The notes: generated by a model not told the origin, from the sequence alone. Positions 1-14,215 are shown, numbered from the stretch's first letter. The stretch is DNA of 64,000 bases from Octopus bimaculoides (GCF_001194135.2 NC_068989.1:10314565-10378564); one strand, 5' to 3'. Numbers and translations: made by a program.

Positions 1-161
1 ATATATATATTTATTAAGTTTACTAATTAAGACAGTGGGAGCTATATTTCACGATGACTAAGCAAGTCATTAGCAATAAAGCAATCAAAAGTAAGAAATA
101 TAATTACTGAATCCTTCCAGGACCAAGGAATAAATACATTTCAATAGTATGAATCAATGAA

Positions 162-377
162 GTGGCGAGCTGGCAGAATCATTAGCATGCCAGGTAAAAT
201 GCTTAGCAACATTTTATCTGTCTTTATGATCTGAGTTCAAATTCTGGCAAGGTGCATTTTTGCCTTTTATCCTTTCAGGGCCAATAAAAGAAGTACCAAT
301 CGAGCACTCAGGAAGATGTAATTGACTTACTCCTTCCCCTAAAATAGCTGGCTTTGTGCCAAAATTTGAAACCAATA
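162..377 (+). mobile_element. tRNA-derived SINE, family A (decayed)
   Basis: ggcgagctggcagaatc...ctgagttcaaattc (A/B boxes)...aagtacca...aaaatttgaaaccaat. Repeated many times in the window. Confidence 0.8.
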
Positions 378-1184
378 ATATGAATCAATATGAAGGGGAT
401 GGGTTATTGAGAAAGAATGGTTGAATTATCATTTATCATCATTTGTTAACATTTTGCTATACTAGCATCAATTACATGACCAGTTTGTTTGAAAAGTAGT
501 ATTTTTTTTTTACATATCACAGATTTATATCCTCTCATTAGTGAGATGAACAAGTTTTAAGGACCAATTTAATTACTTCATGATAGATCTTATTAGGTCT
601 AGCCAAACCCCACTCTAATTTGTAGTACCAACTCAAATTCATTTCTAGCACTATTTCATCAAAATTGTTATGCAATTATACAGAAATGTTGAATCTATTA
701 ATAAAATGAAGATGTAAGTAGGACTACGTTTGTTGTATTCTCCACCACACACCCAGCCACCCATTTTGTTACATAATTAGAAGAAATATTTCACCCAATG
801 TTAACAAAGAAGTTCATAAATGAAAATAAATAATTTCTTGACATATCTATGAGGCACAACAGCTGTGAGATTAAGAAACCAGATTACTGGAAGTTCAGAG
901 AAAGAAACCAACAGATATGAGTAATAGGCTTAAAAAAAAAAAAAATAACAGTCCCTCGGTTTGATTTGTTAGACTAAACCCTTGAAGACAGTGCTCCAGC
1001 ATGGCTGCAGTCAAATGACTAAAGCAAATAAAAGATAGTCAGAAGCTCAAATCATGCTATTGTCATTGTGTTGCACCTTTGAGCAAGATTCATAATTTTC
1101 CTTGATCCAGTCTGCCTAAGGGAATAAAAAAAAAAAAAAGAGGTTCTCCCCCCCAATTTTACAATTGGGTGGTTTTTTTAGTAA

Positions 1185-1508
1185 AGAGTGTGGCACTGTC
1201 AGTTATGACAACGAGGTTTCCATTGATCTGATGGACAGAATAGCCTGATCATGAAATTAACATGCAAGTGGCTGAGCACTCCACAGACACACATACCCTT
1301 AACACTAGTTCTCAAGGAGATTCTGCATGACATAGAATGTGACAAGGCTGACCCTTTGAATTACAGGTACAACTCATTTTTGCCATCTGAGTGGACTGGA
1401 GCAACATGAAATAAATGTCTTGCTCAAGAGCACAACGCACTACCGGGAATCGAACTCACGACTTTACGATAATAAGCTGATTACCTGAACACTAAGCCAG
1501 AAGCCTTC
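1185..1508 (-). mobile_element. tRNA-derived SINE, family D variant
   Basis: Shares the 3' half with 10801-11188. B-box on the minus strand (gagttcgattcc). Confidence 0.75.
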
Positions 1509-3091
1509 ACAGTAACGGGTGTGTCCAGTTATACAAACAACTGATTCCACCAGTAACTCATTGTATCCATTGCAAGCATGGAAGGAAAGAACTGACATGA
1601 AACCAAAACCAGGCAGTTGCAAAATGAGCTACTTCACCACACAGTCATGTTTTGATGTTCCTTGTTCCATGCTGACACAAATTGGTTGTACTTACAGAAT
1701 AACCTATGAACAGTTTGAAATTAAAGACTTGTCATCATAAAATATGTTTTAGTTGCTGGCTATGTTTGGAAAACGGTTTTTTACTATGTGCAGCCCCTTT
1801 CAATGGTAGTGTCTGCAGACTTAATCTGGCTAAACTGTAAATTGTTTCTGGTCAACTATTTGGGTCAACCTACACAAGCATCAAAAGCCAAAAAAAAAAA
1901 AAAATTAATGCAGTCATTCTTCTTGCATACAGTTATCAATACCTCACTATAAAGCCAAGTTAATTTTTTTGACCCTTCATCACCAGACTTTTTAGTTTTA
2001 CCCACTATTATTTCAGAAAGGAACCGAGATTAAGTCTTTCACTTCTTCCTCTCCCATTTCTCCATCTCTTGCTCCTCCATCCACTTTCTAAAAGTTCCGG
2101 CCCATCCGGAACTTGTGAAATCGTGTGTTGAAACAGATGTTGTTGTACTTGGGGATGGTCATATTGCCAGTTTAGCCAATAAAAACACACGCACTGTATA
2201 TTTGGTGTTAATTTGCTTCACTTTTACTCACCTTGTATCGTGAGGAGCCACCTGGAAACCTCGTCATCACTATTTATCATTTCTCAGCTCCTATTGAGTA
2301 TTTACACACTCTCTCTTCTAACTATGAAGACCTAACTCCTTAACAACAAGAACATGCTCGTCTACACTTCTCTCAATACTTTAATCTCTCATCTCCTAAT
2401 ATAAAGCTGCCTCCATCCTCATTCCACCATGCCACACATTTCCTAGTCTTGCTAGCTGCATGGTGACTTCACAAGTGCTGAAGCCATGTGAAAAGCACCC
2501 AGTACAAGTTGTCAAGAGGTTGGCATTAGGAAGGGCATCCAGTCATCGAAACCATCCCAAAGCAGACACCAGAACATGATATATAGCCCTTGGACTTATT
2601 GAATCATGTCAAACCATCCAACCCATGCCTGCTTGGAATATGGATGTTAAATGATGACAATGAGGAGGGTATACAGAAAACATGTTACTGTTTCTGAGTA
2701 GGCTATTTCGTTCTTCAGTAATGCTGAGAAAATAAGTACCACATTCTCTGAGAATACATTAGTTGTAGCAGACGTCTCATCTACTTAACATTATCGAATC
2801 CAAAACAAAAAACTAGCATTTACCATTAGTTATAAATTTTCTTTTCTTTTTTTTTATTTTGGCTGAGTTAAAAGTACCAACACACTGTTACGCAGTGCAA
2901 TCTTAGGCAAGAAAGAATACTTATTTTGAAACTAGATATCACAACAGTATTTATAGCTTCCATTCATAAAATGGCTATGCCAACAATTCCAGTAAATACC
3001 CAGATGTTCAGAAATACCCAATCTAAGCTAACTTGCTAAAAGGAATATAAATATGAAAGAGTGTTTTGTTTTGTTCGTAACTAACTAGTTG

Positions 3092-3227
3092 CAAGCATGG
3101 TTGTGTGGTTAGGAAACTCGCTTTGCAACCACATGGTTTCAGGATCAGTCTCACTACACAGCACCCAGTACCGATCCAACCAATGCTTTGTGAATAAATT
3201 TGGTAAATGGAAACTGAAAGAAGCCTG

Positions 3228-3320
<93 letters not shown>

Positions 3321-3632
3321 GAATATATTAGATTGATGCTTAGTGAAAGTTTAAGACGGCAAAATAGGAGTGGAAATGAGGCTTCAAGCCTGGTTCTTCA
3401 TCAGAAAGAGGCAAAAAGTCCACATGAGCATGTGAGTGTCTTCGTGTTTGTTCTCCTACCCACCGGTTAAAAACCAGTATTGGGTTGTTTATTTCCTTGC
3501 AACTTAGCAAAAGAAACCAATAAGTAGTAGACTTAAAAGAATAAGTACTGGGAGCGATTTGTTTGGCTAAGCCCTTCGAGGCAGTGCCCCAGCATGGCCG
3601 CAGTCCAATGAGTGAGACATGTAAAACATAAA
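3092..3632 (+). mobile_element. SINE family B, decayed, with an expanded (TG)n at about 3230-3317
   Basis: Head and tail colinear with 9810-10230. Confidence 0.7.
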
Positions 3633-5409
3633 AGGTAATTCCACAAAAACTTCAAATACCAGGAAGCAAAATAATGAAAATACAAAGAGTTGTCTCAGCT
3701 TATTTTTCAAAAGTTTTCAAACAAGATTGTGGTATAAACGAGGAAATTAGCTACTGTCTCTATATATAATATTATAAGCCAACGCAATCAGAAAGAAAAT
3801 ATAGAACCATTATAGCAAACTTTCAAACCACTGACCCTAGAATTGACATCTAGCAGATGGAAGATAATCAGAAACAAGGAAATCTGATAAAAACAATAAT
3901 ATTAAAAGATTAATGTTATAACACAATAACCCAATATGCATATGAACAGACAAATATATCTTTGTATAGGGTCAACATGGATCAAGTTGTAAAGATAAAT
4001 TATTCCATGCTCCCATTCCACGCATACATCAATTTATAAAGTGCTTTACAATAAATTGGTTAATAGTGTTGCTGCATAAAAATTATAAATTGGCCAGACA
4101 TACTCTTGTAATAATCATCATCTGGTGAGAAAGGGGTGAGTAGAAACGGTAATTATCTGTGTGTATGTATGTGTGCATGTAGATATATATATATAATATA
4201 ATAAGATTTTATGTGTGTGTGTGTGTGTAAAATGTAATTAGTGTGTTATGGAGATAAGAAATTTGTAATAAATAAGGCTTTCACATCCTGATCTATGGAT
4301 GTGTTCTGTGCTGTATCTTTTTTTAGTCAATACAGATAAATGGAGAATGACCTTCCAGAGGGAAACACTACAATCTGATGCAAATCTTTACACTAAGTAT
4401 GTCTAGCAAGAGAGAGAGACAGACAGAGTCAGACAGAAAGTCAAACAGGCAGAGACGTATGGCTCTAGAAACTAGTAGATACAATATACCATCTTATAGT
4501 GGGGAAATTTGAATATATATTTCTAAAGGGAAGAGAGAGAAAAGGCAGCGATAGTCAGTCGTATCAGATCAAAAACACTACAATGAACAACCAGCTGGTG
4601 AAAAAACAGAGCTAGACAAATTGCCTGAAATAATTCTTTCTTATAGAACATAGATATAAATAAATTCTTTGTGGTAGGTTTTGGTGTAAGCCTAATTTTT
4701 TGTTGAGGAGTGGGTCATCAAAACAACAAATGCTGCTAAATGACACAAGTGTTCTGTGAAAAAATAAAAAAGAAAAATAATAAAGGAAAAAAATATCAGT
4801 GGTAGTTATAAACGAACGACAATGTCAGTGAGTGGCTCCAGCAAAAGAACATTTTAAGATGTTTTTCCACAGTTTAAATCATGTGTCACCAAGTGAGTAC
4901 TTTCACATCAAGGAAGATGAAACGGGGGGAGAGGCAGGGAAGTGAGGGGGAACTACAGACGTTAGTGTGAAGTCGACATGACCCAAGTAATGATATTTAA
5001 GAGTTGTATATTAGAAGAAGAAATGGAGTGTGTGATATGGAAAAAATGTAAAATGAATGGAATTCAAGTAAGCCAATTTAGGAAAAAACAGGTTACTTCA
5101 CTGGCTGCTACTGAGAAATGAGGATAAGAAAGAAAGAAGACATCAAGGAAGACAAAAATAGAATATATAATTAGCTGAGAACAGGACCAAGTGAGAGATA
5201 AATTACCACAAGACAAATACAATTTGCTAGCTTGACAGTAGTACTATATTGACAGAAATGTAGTTAAATGGAACGACAATAATGTTAAAAAAAAAGAGAG
5301 AGAGAAAAAAAAAATCACCCAAAAACAGTCTAACAATTTACGGTGCACTTTTCTAAAACTGACTAAAACAATAATTATTATTATCATTATTATAATATTA
5401 ATAATAATA

Positions 5410-5616
5410 ATGGTTTCAAATTTTAGCACAAGGCCAGCAATTTCAGGGTAGGGAGAAGAGTCAAATACATCAACTCCCCCAGTACTCAACTGGTACTTAT
5501 TTTATCAACCCCAAAAAGATGAAAGGCAAAGTTGGCCTCAACAGAATATGAACTCAGATCAAATGCTTTGAAGCATTTTGTCCAACATGCTAACCATTGC
5601 GCCAGCTTGCCACCTT
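5410..5616 (-). mobile_element. SINE family A
   Basis: Reverse-complement copy of 162-377, adjacent to an (AAT)n tract. Confidence 0.75.
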
Positions 5617-5620
5617 AATA

Positions 5621-5673
<53 letters not shown>

Positions 5674-5699
5674 TAATAATAATAACAATAATAATAATA

Positions 5700-5972
5700 A
5701 ACTCGACTGTTCTCACAAATGAGAATACTAAAAATGAACCCGACCACTCTCAGAAATTAAGTAAAAACCAGAAAAAATAATCCAGAATCCTTGTCTGGTA
5801 CCAGATCGATCCCAAAATCTAATCAGTTCATGCCAGTCATGAGGCCAAACATCCCTGAAAGTTTCATCCGAATCCATCCAGCGGTTTTTGAGATATCTTG
5901 TCCACAGACAAACAAAACTGAAAACAATACCTCTGCCTTCAACTAAGTCAGCAGAAATAATAATAATAATAA
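5700..5972 (+). mobile_element. Possible Helentron/DINE-like non-autonomous element
   Basis: cccaaaatctaatcagttc...ccatccagcggtttttgagatatc...acagacaaacaaaactgaaaacaatacctctgcc plus a 3' stem resembles such families. Assignment is from memory only. Confidence 0.35.
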
Positions 5973-7371
5973 CAACAATAACAATAATAATCCTTTTTAA
6001 TATAGGTACAAGACATGAAATTTATGGGGGAAGGGGCTAGCCAATTACACCAATCCTAGCTCAACTGGTATTGATTTCATCAACCATGTAAAGGGAGAAA
6101 TAATTTCTTAGAGTGCAAATTATTACTAAAATAGCTATTTTTCTCTATCATTCACTCATTCAGAATATGTAAATATGAATTATTAGAGCATATATTTTCA
6201 AAGCCAGGTGATTTTTTCCTAATAAATAGGAGCAATTTTACCTACTTTAGGAGATACAATATAATGATTGTAGCAGTGTTTGGTCTACTAACCTTTTAAG
6301 CTAACAGTCAGTCCAATATTAACTTAAAATATATCTCTTACAGGGGCAAAAGAAAAGGTTTTGGTATATAAAGAAAAGAACATTTTCAAGTACTTTAAAA
6401 ATGAAAGTGAAGCAAAATGTCCACAACTGGGAGTAGATTCAGTTTATAGCAATTTTTATTTCAAAGAATAGTTCATTATGATGATAATGATCAAACTAGA
6501 ATGTACCATTAAAAGAAATACAATGGCCTCCAACATGTGTGAACTATATAAACTTAAAATGTAAAAGCTTTACAACATCTGAAATACATCAACAACTTAA
6601 TACATTTTATGTTCAGCTTATCAGAATTTGGTTACAAAAAAGAAAAAAAACTGTGTCAGGGTGGCAAATTGTTGGATATTAATTATGATAGAAAAGGCTC
6701 AGGTTTCCTTTGTCATAAACTAAATGGTCATGATTCTTGTGGTGTGGTTCTTATCTGTGCCAATTAAAATACTTTCTCTTTACTATAGGAGTAATACTAC
6801 ATCAAAATAAATCTGAACAATTAAAGCCTGAATTCTTACAAAAATAAGGATAACTAAAAATAGATTATATTCACCTAGCTCAAAATCATTACAGGACAAT
6901 AAGAATTTCTCCCCCACAAAGTAGGTTTGTGGTGTATATATATATACATGTACTTATAACTACTTTTTAATTAAAGTAAGAAAAACACTACCCTCTGGGC
7001 AGTTTTCTCATAGTTTATGTAATAAATGTATTACCTTTCCCATTTGTATAGAACACTATCTAATGCATGCGTAGGATGACATTTCCAATGTGTTCTTTCC
7101 TAGTTGAAGAAAGTAGAGTGTGATTTGAGGAAAATGTGGCTACTATTTCTAGCAGGTCAATCAACCACACATTAAACATTTATAAGAAAGACCAAGTTAT
7201 AAAATAATATAACAGGAAAGAGAAACAAAGAGTATTCATATTGATTAGTTCTCCTTGTTATGCAAGAACAATATTTTCTTTATAATAGTAACTGCTATAA
7301 TACTTTCATAACAATGAAAGACTGCGCAAGTTAGACTGACAAACAGAAGTAACAAAGAAGTGAATTTCAGT

Positions 7372-7603
7372 TTAACCCTTAAAGCATTCAGATTCCTTTG
7401 TCAAATGTAATGCTTATTTATTCACATTGTTTTGAATTAATTATGCATTATCTTGTAGCTTTGGGATTTTGATGATGTGAGTGTTTATTTTTAGAATGAC
7501 GTCCTAAGGTTGGTGCAAGGGGTCCAATATGGCCAGTTTGAACATAAAACAAGTAGAATAATATTTGGGCCAGAAATGACTGGTTCGAATGTTAAAGGGT
7601 TAA
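7372..7603. mobile_element. piggyBac-type (TTAA) MITE
   Basis: ttaacccttaaagcattcag ... gaatgttaaagggttaa. Related copies at 49112-49332 and, interrupted, about 16780-17020. Confidence 0.8.
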
Positions 7604-8132
7604 AGATGGAAACAGAAAGAAGAGAGGGAGTGTTTGGCATAGGCTTTGGGGCATAAAGTACAATCAGGATGACAAGTAAAAGGTGTATCAAACAGACCTA
7701 GATAGAGAATTAACAACCTGCTAGTTCAGAAAAATGGGGAACTATCAGAGAAGCAAAAAAGGAGTCAGAGAGAAGATAATGTGAAGTTTTCCAACCAATC
7801 AGAAAGCCTTTTTTTGGTAATAACCAAGAATGTTAGCAGGATTTTAAAAATAGGTTCAAGGTTGCAAATTTGGAATATAGTGGGTTTGGTGGCATACAAG
7901 ACCTACTTTATAAAAAAGACTCAAAAAAAAAAAAAAAAGAAAATCACCCCAGATTCTATAGGCAAAGTTGGACCTCCCATAAGTTTTAATGCGCTGAAAC
8001 CCTTTTTTCCACCACTGAATTTGAGAAGCATCCAGTACTTGAATGGTATTCTAATGCATCAACCCCAGAAGATTCTTCTGGCAAAGTTGATCTCAGCAAG
8101 AACTGAAGAACTCTGGATGTGAAGGGTCATAA

Positions 8133-8334
8133 TTAATCCTCTTCTGACCAAATTTCTGTTGAAACACGTAGCTTTGTTTCAATTGGTTTTGAAAATAATG
8201 AGCAAGTTAGTAAAATAATTTTGCCAGTATAAAGACATTTTTTGGAACATAAATTAACATGGAAATTAGGTTTTTAATTTAGATCACTTTAAAAGAGGGA
8301 GTTTGTATACAGAACTAAGTATCAAAAGGATTAA
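8133..8334. mobile_element. Second TTAA-flanked MITE family
   Basis: ttaatcctcttctgacc ... gtatcaaaaggattaa. Related reverse-complement fragment at about 27720-27830. Confidence 0.6.
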
Positions 8335-9231
8335 ACACCATGAGGTATTTTATCAGCACAATACTTTCCAATGTTTCTCTGAGCTTGTCACCCTATTTCC
8401 CTATACTTAGGGTGTGACACCCGTTTTTTTTTTACTCCAACAGAAAAAAAATGCAAGTTTCAAAAGAAATTCTGTGATACCCCTAAACTATACTATCTGT
8501 GAGACCTTAGGGTGTCATGACACCCCAGTTGAAAACCACTGCACTAATGATTCTGTTAACTGGATGCCTTCACCTTGGTAGAAATATTAAGAACTAATCA
8601 TATTAAAACAGAAAAAATTCAGAAAAAATACATATAATGAAAGCTTATATAAATAATTTAGCATGTAAAATTAATCACCATGATCTAGTTTAAGATAAGG
8701 CCAGTACGTTGGCAGCTACATCCCAATAAGGATGATCTAGTGGGTAAACTAAACAGGGTATATGTATATGTATATGTATATATGTATGTAACTAACTGAA
8801 ACAATGTGAAATAAATCTCTAAATAAACATGATAGAATTAGAGATGTGCTGTATACGAAAATGTCACATTGACCAAAAAAGAACTATCAAAGGTAAACAA
8901 AAAAAATAAAACCAAATAATAAAAAAGATAAAGAAAAAAGGAGAGACAACTAGCTACCTAGTTTATAGCTCCACAGAAAGTCCAGTTGGTATTTAACAAA
9001 GTAAAACTAGACTAACAAACAATGAAGCAAAAACTACCCTGTTGAGTTAGAGAGAAGTTCACCATAATCAAGTCTTTGGAATAAACTGTCAGGCAGACAT
9101 TAAAAAAAAAAAAACCTGTTTGGTAAGTAAAGTCACAGAATCAACAGAAATGGATGAATCATAGTGTTTGTTTTGTTTTGGTTTCTTTCAAGAGATCTTT
9201 TACATGATTGAGGTTGCGTTCTGAAATTTAA

Positions 9232-9667
9232 TTATCATCACCATCACTGTTATAGCATCTACTTTTCCTTGCTTGCATGGGTAGGGCAGAATTTGTTGAG
9301 GTGGATTTTCTACAGCCAGACAGTCAGATGTCCTTCCAGTCACCAACCCTCATCTGTTTCCAAGTAGGGTAATATTTCCTCATGGCCAGACATGTCTTGG
9401 AAATGAAGGACACTCCTAGCATGATGTTAAGACAAAGCGACAGTAACAAACACACACACACACACAAACATATATATATATATATATATATATATTCATA
9501 CATACACACACATAACAAGCTTCTTTCAGCTTCCATCTGCCAAATCCACTCACAAGGCTCTGGTCATCCCAAGACTATAGAAGACATTTGCTCAAGGTGC
9601 CATGCAGTGTGACAGAAACCCAAATCATGCAGTTGGGAAGCAAACTTTTTAGCACACAGCCATGGCA
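9232..9667 (-). mobile_element. SINE family C (family B head + microsatellite + RTE-3'UTR-like tail ending in (GAT)n)
   Basis: Same head as family B, but the tail contains ggttggtgactggaagg(a/g)catc...gcaagcaaggaaaagtagatgct. Confidence 0.7.
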
Positions 9668-9809
9668 AAGAGGAAGTGAAAGCTAGACGGCGTCCCTTCA
9701 AAATTAATACTTTCCTTAGTAAAGATAACTTGAGTAAATCCAAATACTTCAAGTGAAAGTATTGAAGCTAAAGCTAAGTAAGATACTCTGACACTTGATA
9801 AAAAGAACA

Positions 9810-10230
9810 AGCGTAGGAGTGGCTGTGTGGTAAGTAGCTTGCTTACCAACCACATGGTTCTGGGTTCAGTCCCACTGCGTGGCACCTTGGGCAAGTGTCT
9901 TCTACTATAGCCTCGGGCTGACCAAAGCTTTGTGAGTGGATTTGGTAGACGGAAACTGAAAGAAGCCCGTCGTATATATGTGTATATATATATATATATA
10001 TATGTTTGTGTGTCTGTGTTTATCCGCTAACATTGCTTGACAACCAATGCTGGTGTGTTTATGTCCCCATAACTTAGCGGTTCAGCAAAAGAGACCAATA
10101 GAATAAGTACCAGGCTTCCAAAGAATAAGTCGATTTGCTGAGGTCGATTTGCTCGACTAAAGGTGATGCTCCAGCATGGCCACAGTTAAATGACTGAAAC
10201 AAGTAAAAGAGTAAAAGAGAGTAAAGAGAG
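9810..10230 (+). mobile_element. SINE family B (tRNA head, CORE-like ccttgggcaagtg body, internal TA/TG microsatellite, gtaaaaga tail); probably the octopus OR2-type CORE-SINE
   Basis: A-box TGGCTGTGTGG, B-box GGTTCAGTCCC. The family name is recalled, not checked against a database. Confidence 0.8.
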
Positions 10231-10800
10231 TATTACAACTTTTTTTCCTGACTTATTTAGAGGAAGTGTAGTGACATTTTTCATAATCTTAGAGACTGAC
10301 AGGAAGAAGAAAAGATGTTATTTTTCAATACCAAACCAGCCATTGACAGCTGAAAATTATTTCTTGGTTCTAATGACCAAACCAGCCATAGACGGCCGAG
10401 TGAACCCATTGATATTTAAATGTAAATTTCAGCACCTATCTCGTTAGTATATTCTTGAAAACACATGATTTCACTTTGTAAATAGTCGAGTTACAGTATC
10501 CGACATTATTTGACATAATATCTGAGCTCTGCAAATTTTGGGAGATTTTATTCCACGTTTTCTCTTTGGTGACTCTTCACAACCATCAGAGCACGAAGCG
10601 CTCCTCATGAGCACAGGTTCGTGAGATGGTTGTGATCTGTAAACAGTTTTGAGTAGGAGCCAGAAGGAGAAATATGAACGTGCAATGCATATGTGCACAT
10701 TGATTTCGTAAAACAGAAGAGAAGAATAAACATGCAATGAGCACATCAATATAAAACAGAAGAGAATAAAAGTTATATGATGGGTGTAAAGGCAGAGTGT

Positions 10801-11188
10801 GGAGGCGCAATGGCCCAGTGGTTAGGGCAACGGATTCGCAGTCATAGGATCGTGGTTTCGATTCCCAGACCGGGCGTTGTGAGTGTTTATTGAGTGAAAA
10901 CACCTGAAGTTCCATGAGGCTCCGGCAGGGGATGGTGGCAAACCCTGCTGTACTCTTTCACCACAACTTTCTCTTACTCTTACTTCTTGTTTCTGTTGTG
11001 CCTGTAATTCAAAGGGTCAGCCTTGTCACACTGTGTCACGCTGAATATCCCCGAGAACTACGTTAAGGGTACACGTGTCTGTGGAGTGCTCAGCCACTCG
11101 CACGTTAATTTCATGAGCAGGCTGTTCCGTTGATCAGATCAACTGGAACCCTCGACGTCGTAAGTGACGGAGTGCCAACGACAACAAC
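10801..11188 (+). mobile_element. Full-length tRNA-derived SINE (family D) with an 11-bp TSD, inserted into the piggyBac fossil
   Basis: A-box TGGCCCAGTGG, B-box GGTTTCGATTCC, (CAA)n tail. TSD aaaggcagagt (10788-10798) / aaaggtagagt (11189-11199). Confidence 0.85.
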
Positions 11189-12110
11189 AAAGGTAGAGTA
11201 CATTTATGACAATATATACCAGGAAAACCCATAGAGTAGTGTATCAAAGTTGGAAGATTCGCGAAGCAAATACTGGGTATTATTGTGGGTTTAGTTTTTA
11301 TACAGGAAAAGGGACAATGATGTAACTTAGTATGACCTAGGGTACGATGTGGTCAGGAATTTATCACTTCCATACCATAACCAGGGCTGTATATTATTTT
11401 TTGACTAATTTTTTTAGTTTGGTCAAAATTCTGGTGGATTTAGAATTAGAAGCTGTAACAACATATATGTGTGCTGACAGTAATTGCTCGTAGAAAAAGG
11501 CTGCCATTGGATATATAAAAAAAAAAAGAGATGAAATAATCCAACGGCAAAAAGGAAATCTGCTAGCGACTGCATACAGTAATAAGAAGCAGATAAATTT
11601 TCTATCTACCTGTGCACAACCATTTGTAGATGAAAATGGCACCCCATTGGTGAACCTCAATTATAACAAGGTACATGGACAGTGTAGATCAGCTAAATCA
11701 AATGATGAGCAATTATCTGGTTGGTAGACCAGGTAATAAATGGCGGCGATACCTGGTTTGGTACATAGTAAATATGAGTATTGTTTATATTATATACCAA
11801 ATCAGGAGGGGCTCGAAAGCAGCGCGACCATCTGCAGTTCCAAGATGTAGCAATGCAGTTGAGGGCAGATTAATTCCTCAAAAAAAATAATAAAATAACT
11901 ATAGGAAGGAAAAACAAAGCCTGTCAGAGAGTCATCCCTCTGAATTCAATTGATTTCCATAAATTAGAAAAAAAATCAAGGGTCACAAAAGGTAGTGCCA
12001 TGAACATCTACAAAGGAAAACTCCCAGACGACGGCCAGTAGAAATTTCTTTCCAATGTGCATTCCGCAAGGTTGCATTATGTAGAGTGAAACATTTTACA
12101 AGTTTCCAAA
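11189..12110 (+). mobile_element. piggyBac (PGBD-like DDE) transposase fossil with stops and frameshifts
   Basis: Translated pieces: KGRVHL*QYIPGKP, ANTGYY, LGYDVVRNLSLPYHNQGCILFFD*FFS, QRQKGNLLATAYSNKKQINFLST, YMDSVDQLNQMMSNYLVGRPGNKWRRY, and a Cys-rich tail FFQCAFRKVALCRVKHF. All are colinear with piggyBac motifs. The element may extend to about 10400 and about 12645. Confidence 0.85.
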
Positions 12111-14215
12111 ACAGAAATTGTGTACGAACGGTGTATATATGTATGATTTGATTTTATAAATATTTTTCAAATTAACTTAGTCTTTACTTTTTATTTACCT
12201 GTAATTTTAATTTGTCTGTAAGGTGAGTGACAAGTTTTGATTTAATATCTATTGTAAATCTTTATTATATTTGTTTCTGTGTATTCATGTATGTGTGTGA
12301 GTTTATTTCATTTTCTAGTTTTCTTCAAAAACAAATTCCAGTATTTCATTGTTTTACCTTTATTGTACACCTGTTCTTATGTGCATTAAATTCAATTAAT
12401 AACCTAGTGATGTGCAAAATTTTTCTATATTAAAATTTTGTTGCATACCCAATTGACTATTAGCTGATAACTCATTTTCTATGGTGATGTTTAAACAAAA
12501 TTTCAAAAATCACATTAATATGTCGATGAATAAAAAAAGTTACAGTTGTTTAATGAAACCAGTCTAAATTCGTGGTTATTTTAGAATTTAATTGAAACTC
12601 ATAAGCGTGTTTTTTTAGTTAGAAATTTAGCAATGAAAGGGCTAGAGGTCTGGCCTAAATGCTTGCAACATGGTCAACTACACAAAAAGATACCCAAGAT
12701 GTCAGATGTCAGTATAAAATCAGATGAAAGATTAAGTTTATATAACTCATGTTAAGTCTAAAGCAGCAAGCTGGTAGAGTTGTTAGCATGTTAGAATTTC
12801 TTCTGGCTTTTTACACTCTGAGTTCATATCCCACTGAGATCAACTCTGCCTTTCATCCCTACTAGGTGGATAAAATAAGTACCAGTCAAATACTGGGGTC
12901 AATGTAATTGACTTGTCCCCTCCACTCAAAATTGCTGGCCTTGGATCCTGCAATAAATAGGGATCCCATTCAAGGGAAATGTTGTGATCATGGAAACCTT
13001 ATGAGTCCTAGAAAAATAATTAAAGCAAAAAGTCTACGACCCAAGGAAGTACAAAAACCATTAAAAAAAGGTAATTTTTTAAAATTTTTTTTTACTCATT
13101 GAATTAGTATTTGAGTGAAAAATATTTCAAATGAATAACACAAAATAGCAACTGTAGAGAGAAAAATTCTGAACATTACATGAGTAACCAAAGAATTTCA
13201 GAGAAATAATATTTCTCTGAATAAGATCTAATATATATAAACTAATATAACTAAATAAAACATATAAAATGCATGGAATTCCAAGCTAAATATGTCGTCA
13301 TTAATCCAGAAATCAAAATCCAGTAGGGAAATTTCATAAATGAGAAACTAATTCCCAAACATTTTTCAACAGTCCTCATAAGTTAAAATTATTTTGTAAA
13401 GAATTCAAGCAAGCAAGTAAATCACAATTTTCTCTCAGTCTGACATGAAATTATTCCACAACATTTCTAGAATATGAACCATAACATTTTAGGATACTGG
13501 GTTACTAAAGTTTTAGACATAATTTAACGCAATGAATGATAAACAACTAAATCCACAGCCATATGTAGATGACAGAGAAGAGACATGGGATACAGTTATT
13601 GTTGACAATCATTTAACATGAATCACATTATAATGTTATTAATCATATGAATAAAATCTCCCACACAGAGCAAACCAGGTTCAATTTCCTAGCTATGCCA
13701 ATATAATTAAAACGGTAGTTCAATAGACAACATACTGCAAAATAGGAGTCTCAAGAGAAATGGCCAAGCAAGTATTGCTTAAGCATAAGCCTGAGTGATT
13801 AAGCAACTTGCTTGGCAATCACATGGCTTCAGCAAGAGTCCTATTGAACAGCATCTTAGGAAAATATCTTCTACTAATAGCCCCCAGTTCAACCAGTGCC
13901 TTGTGAGTGAATTTAGTAGAGGGAAACTGTGTAGAAGCCTATCTCATATATATATATATATCATCATTTAACGTTTGCTTTCCATGCTGGCATGGGTTGG
14001 ACGGTTTGACTGGGGACTGGCAAGCCAGGAGGCTGCACCGGGCTCCAATCTATATACACACACACACACACACACACACATACATACATACATATATATT
14101 TATGCATGTATATTTGTGTTTGTCCCCTACTGCTACCACCTGACAAGTGGTATTGGGTTGTTTACATCCCTGCAACATAGCAGTTTAGCAAAAGAGTCTA
14201 ACAGAATAAGTACTA

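Noticed and set aside
2222-2240. Perfect minus-strand donor AAG|gtgagt (also near 55895)
   Set aside because: Both lie inside copies of an interspersed pyrimidine-rich repeat, with no kinase-like upstream frame.
10471-10636. Terminal-exon-like ORF SQPSHEPVLMRSASCSDGCEESPKRKRG...
   Set aside because: There is no recognisable homology, its phase is incompatible with intron 2, and it lies just 5' of the piggyBac fossil, of which it may be part.
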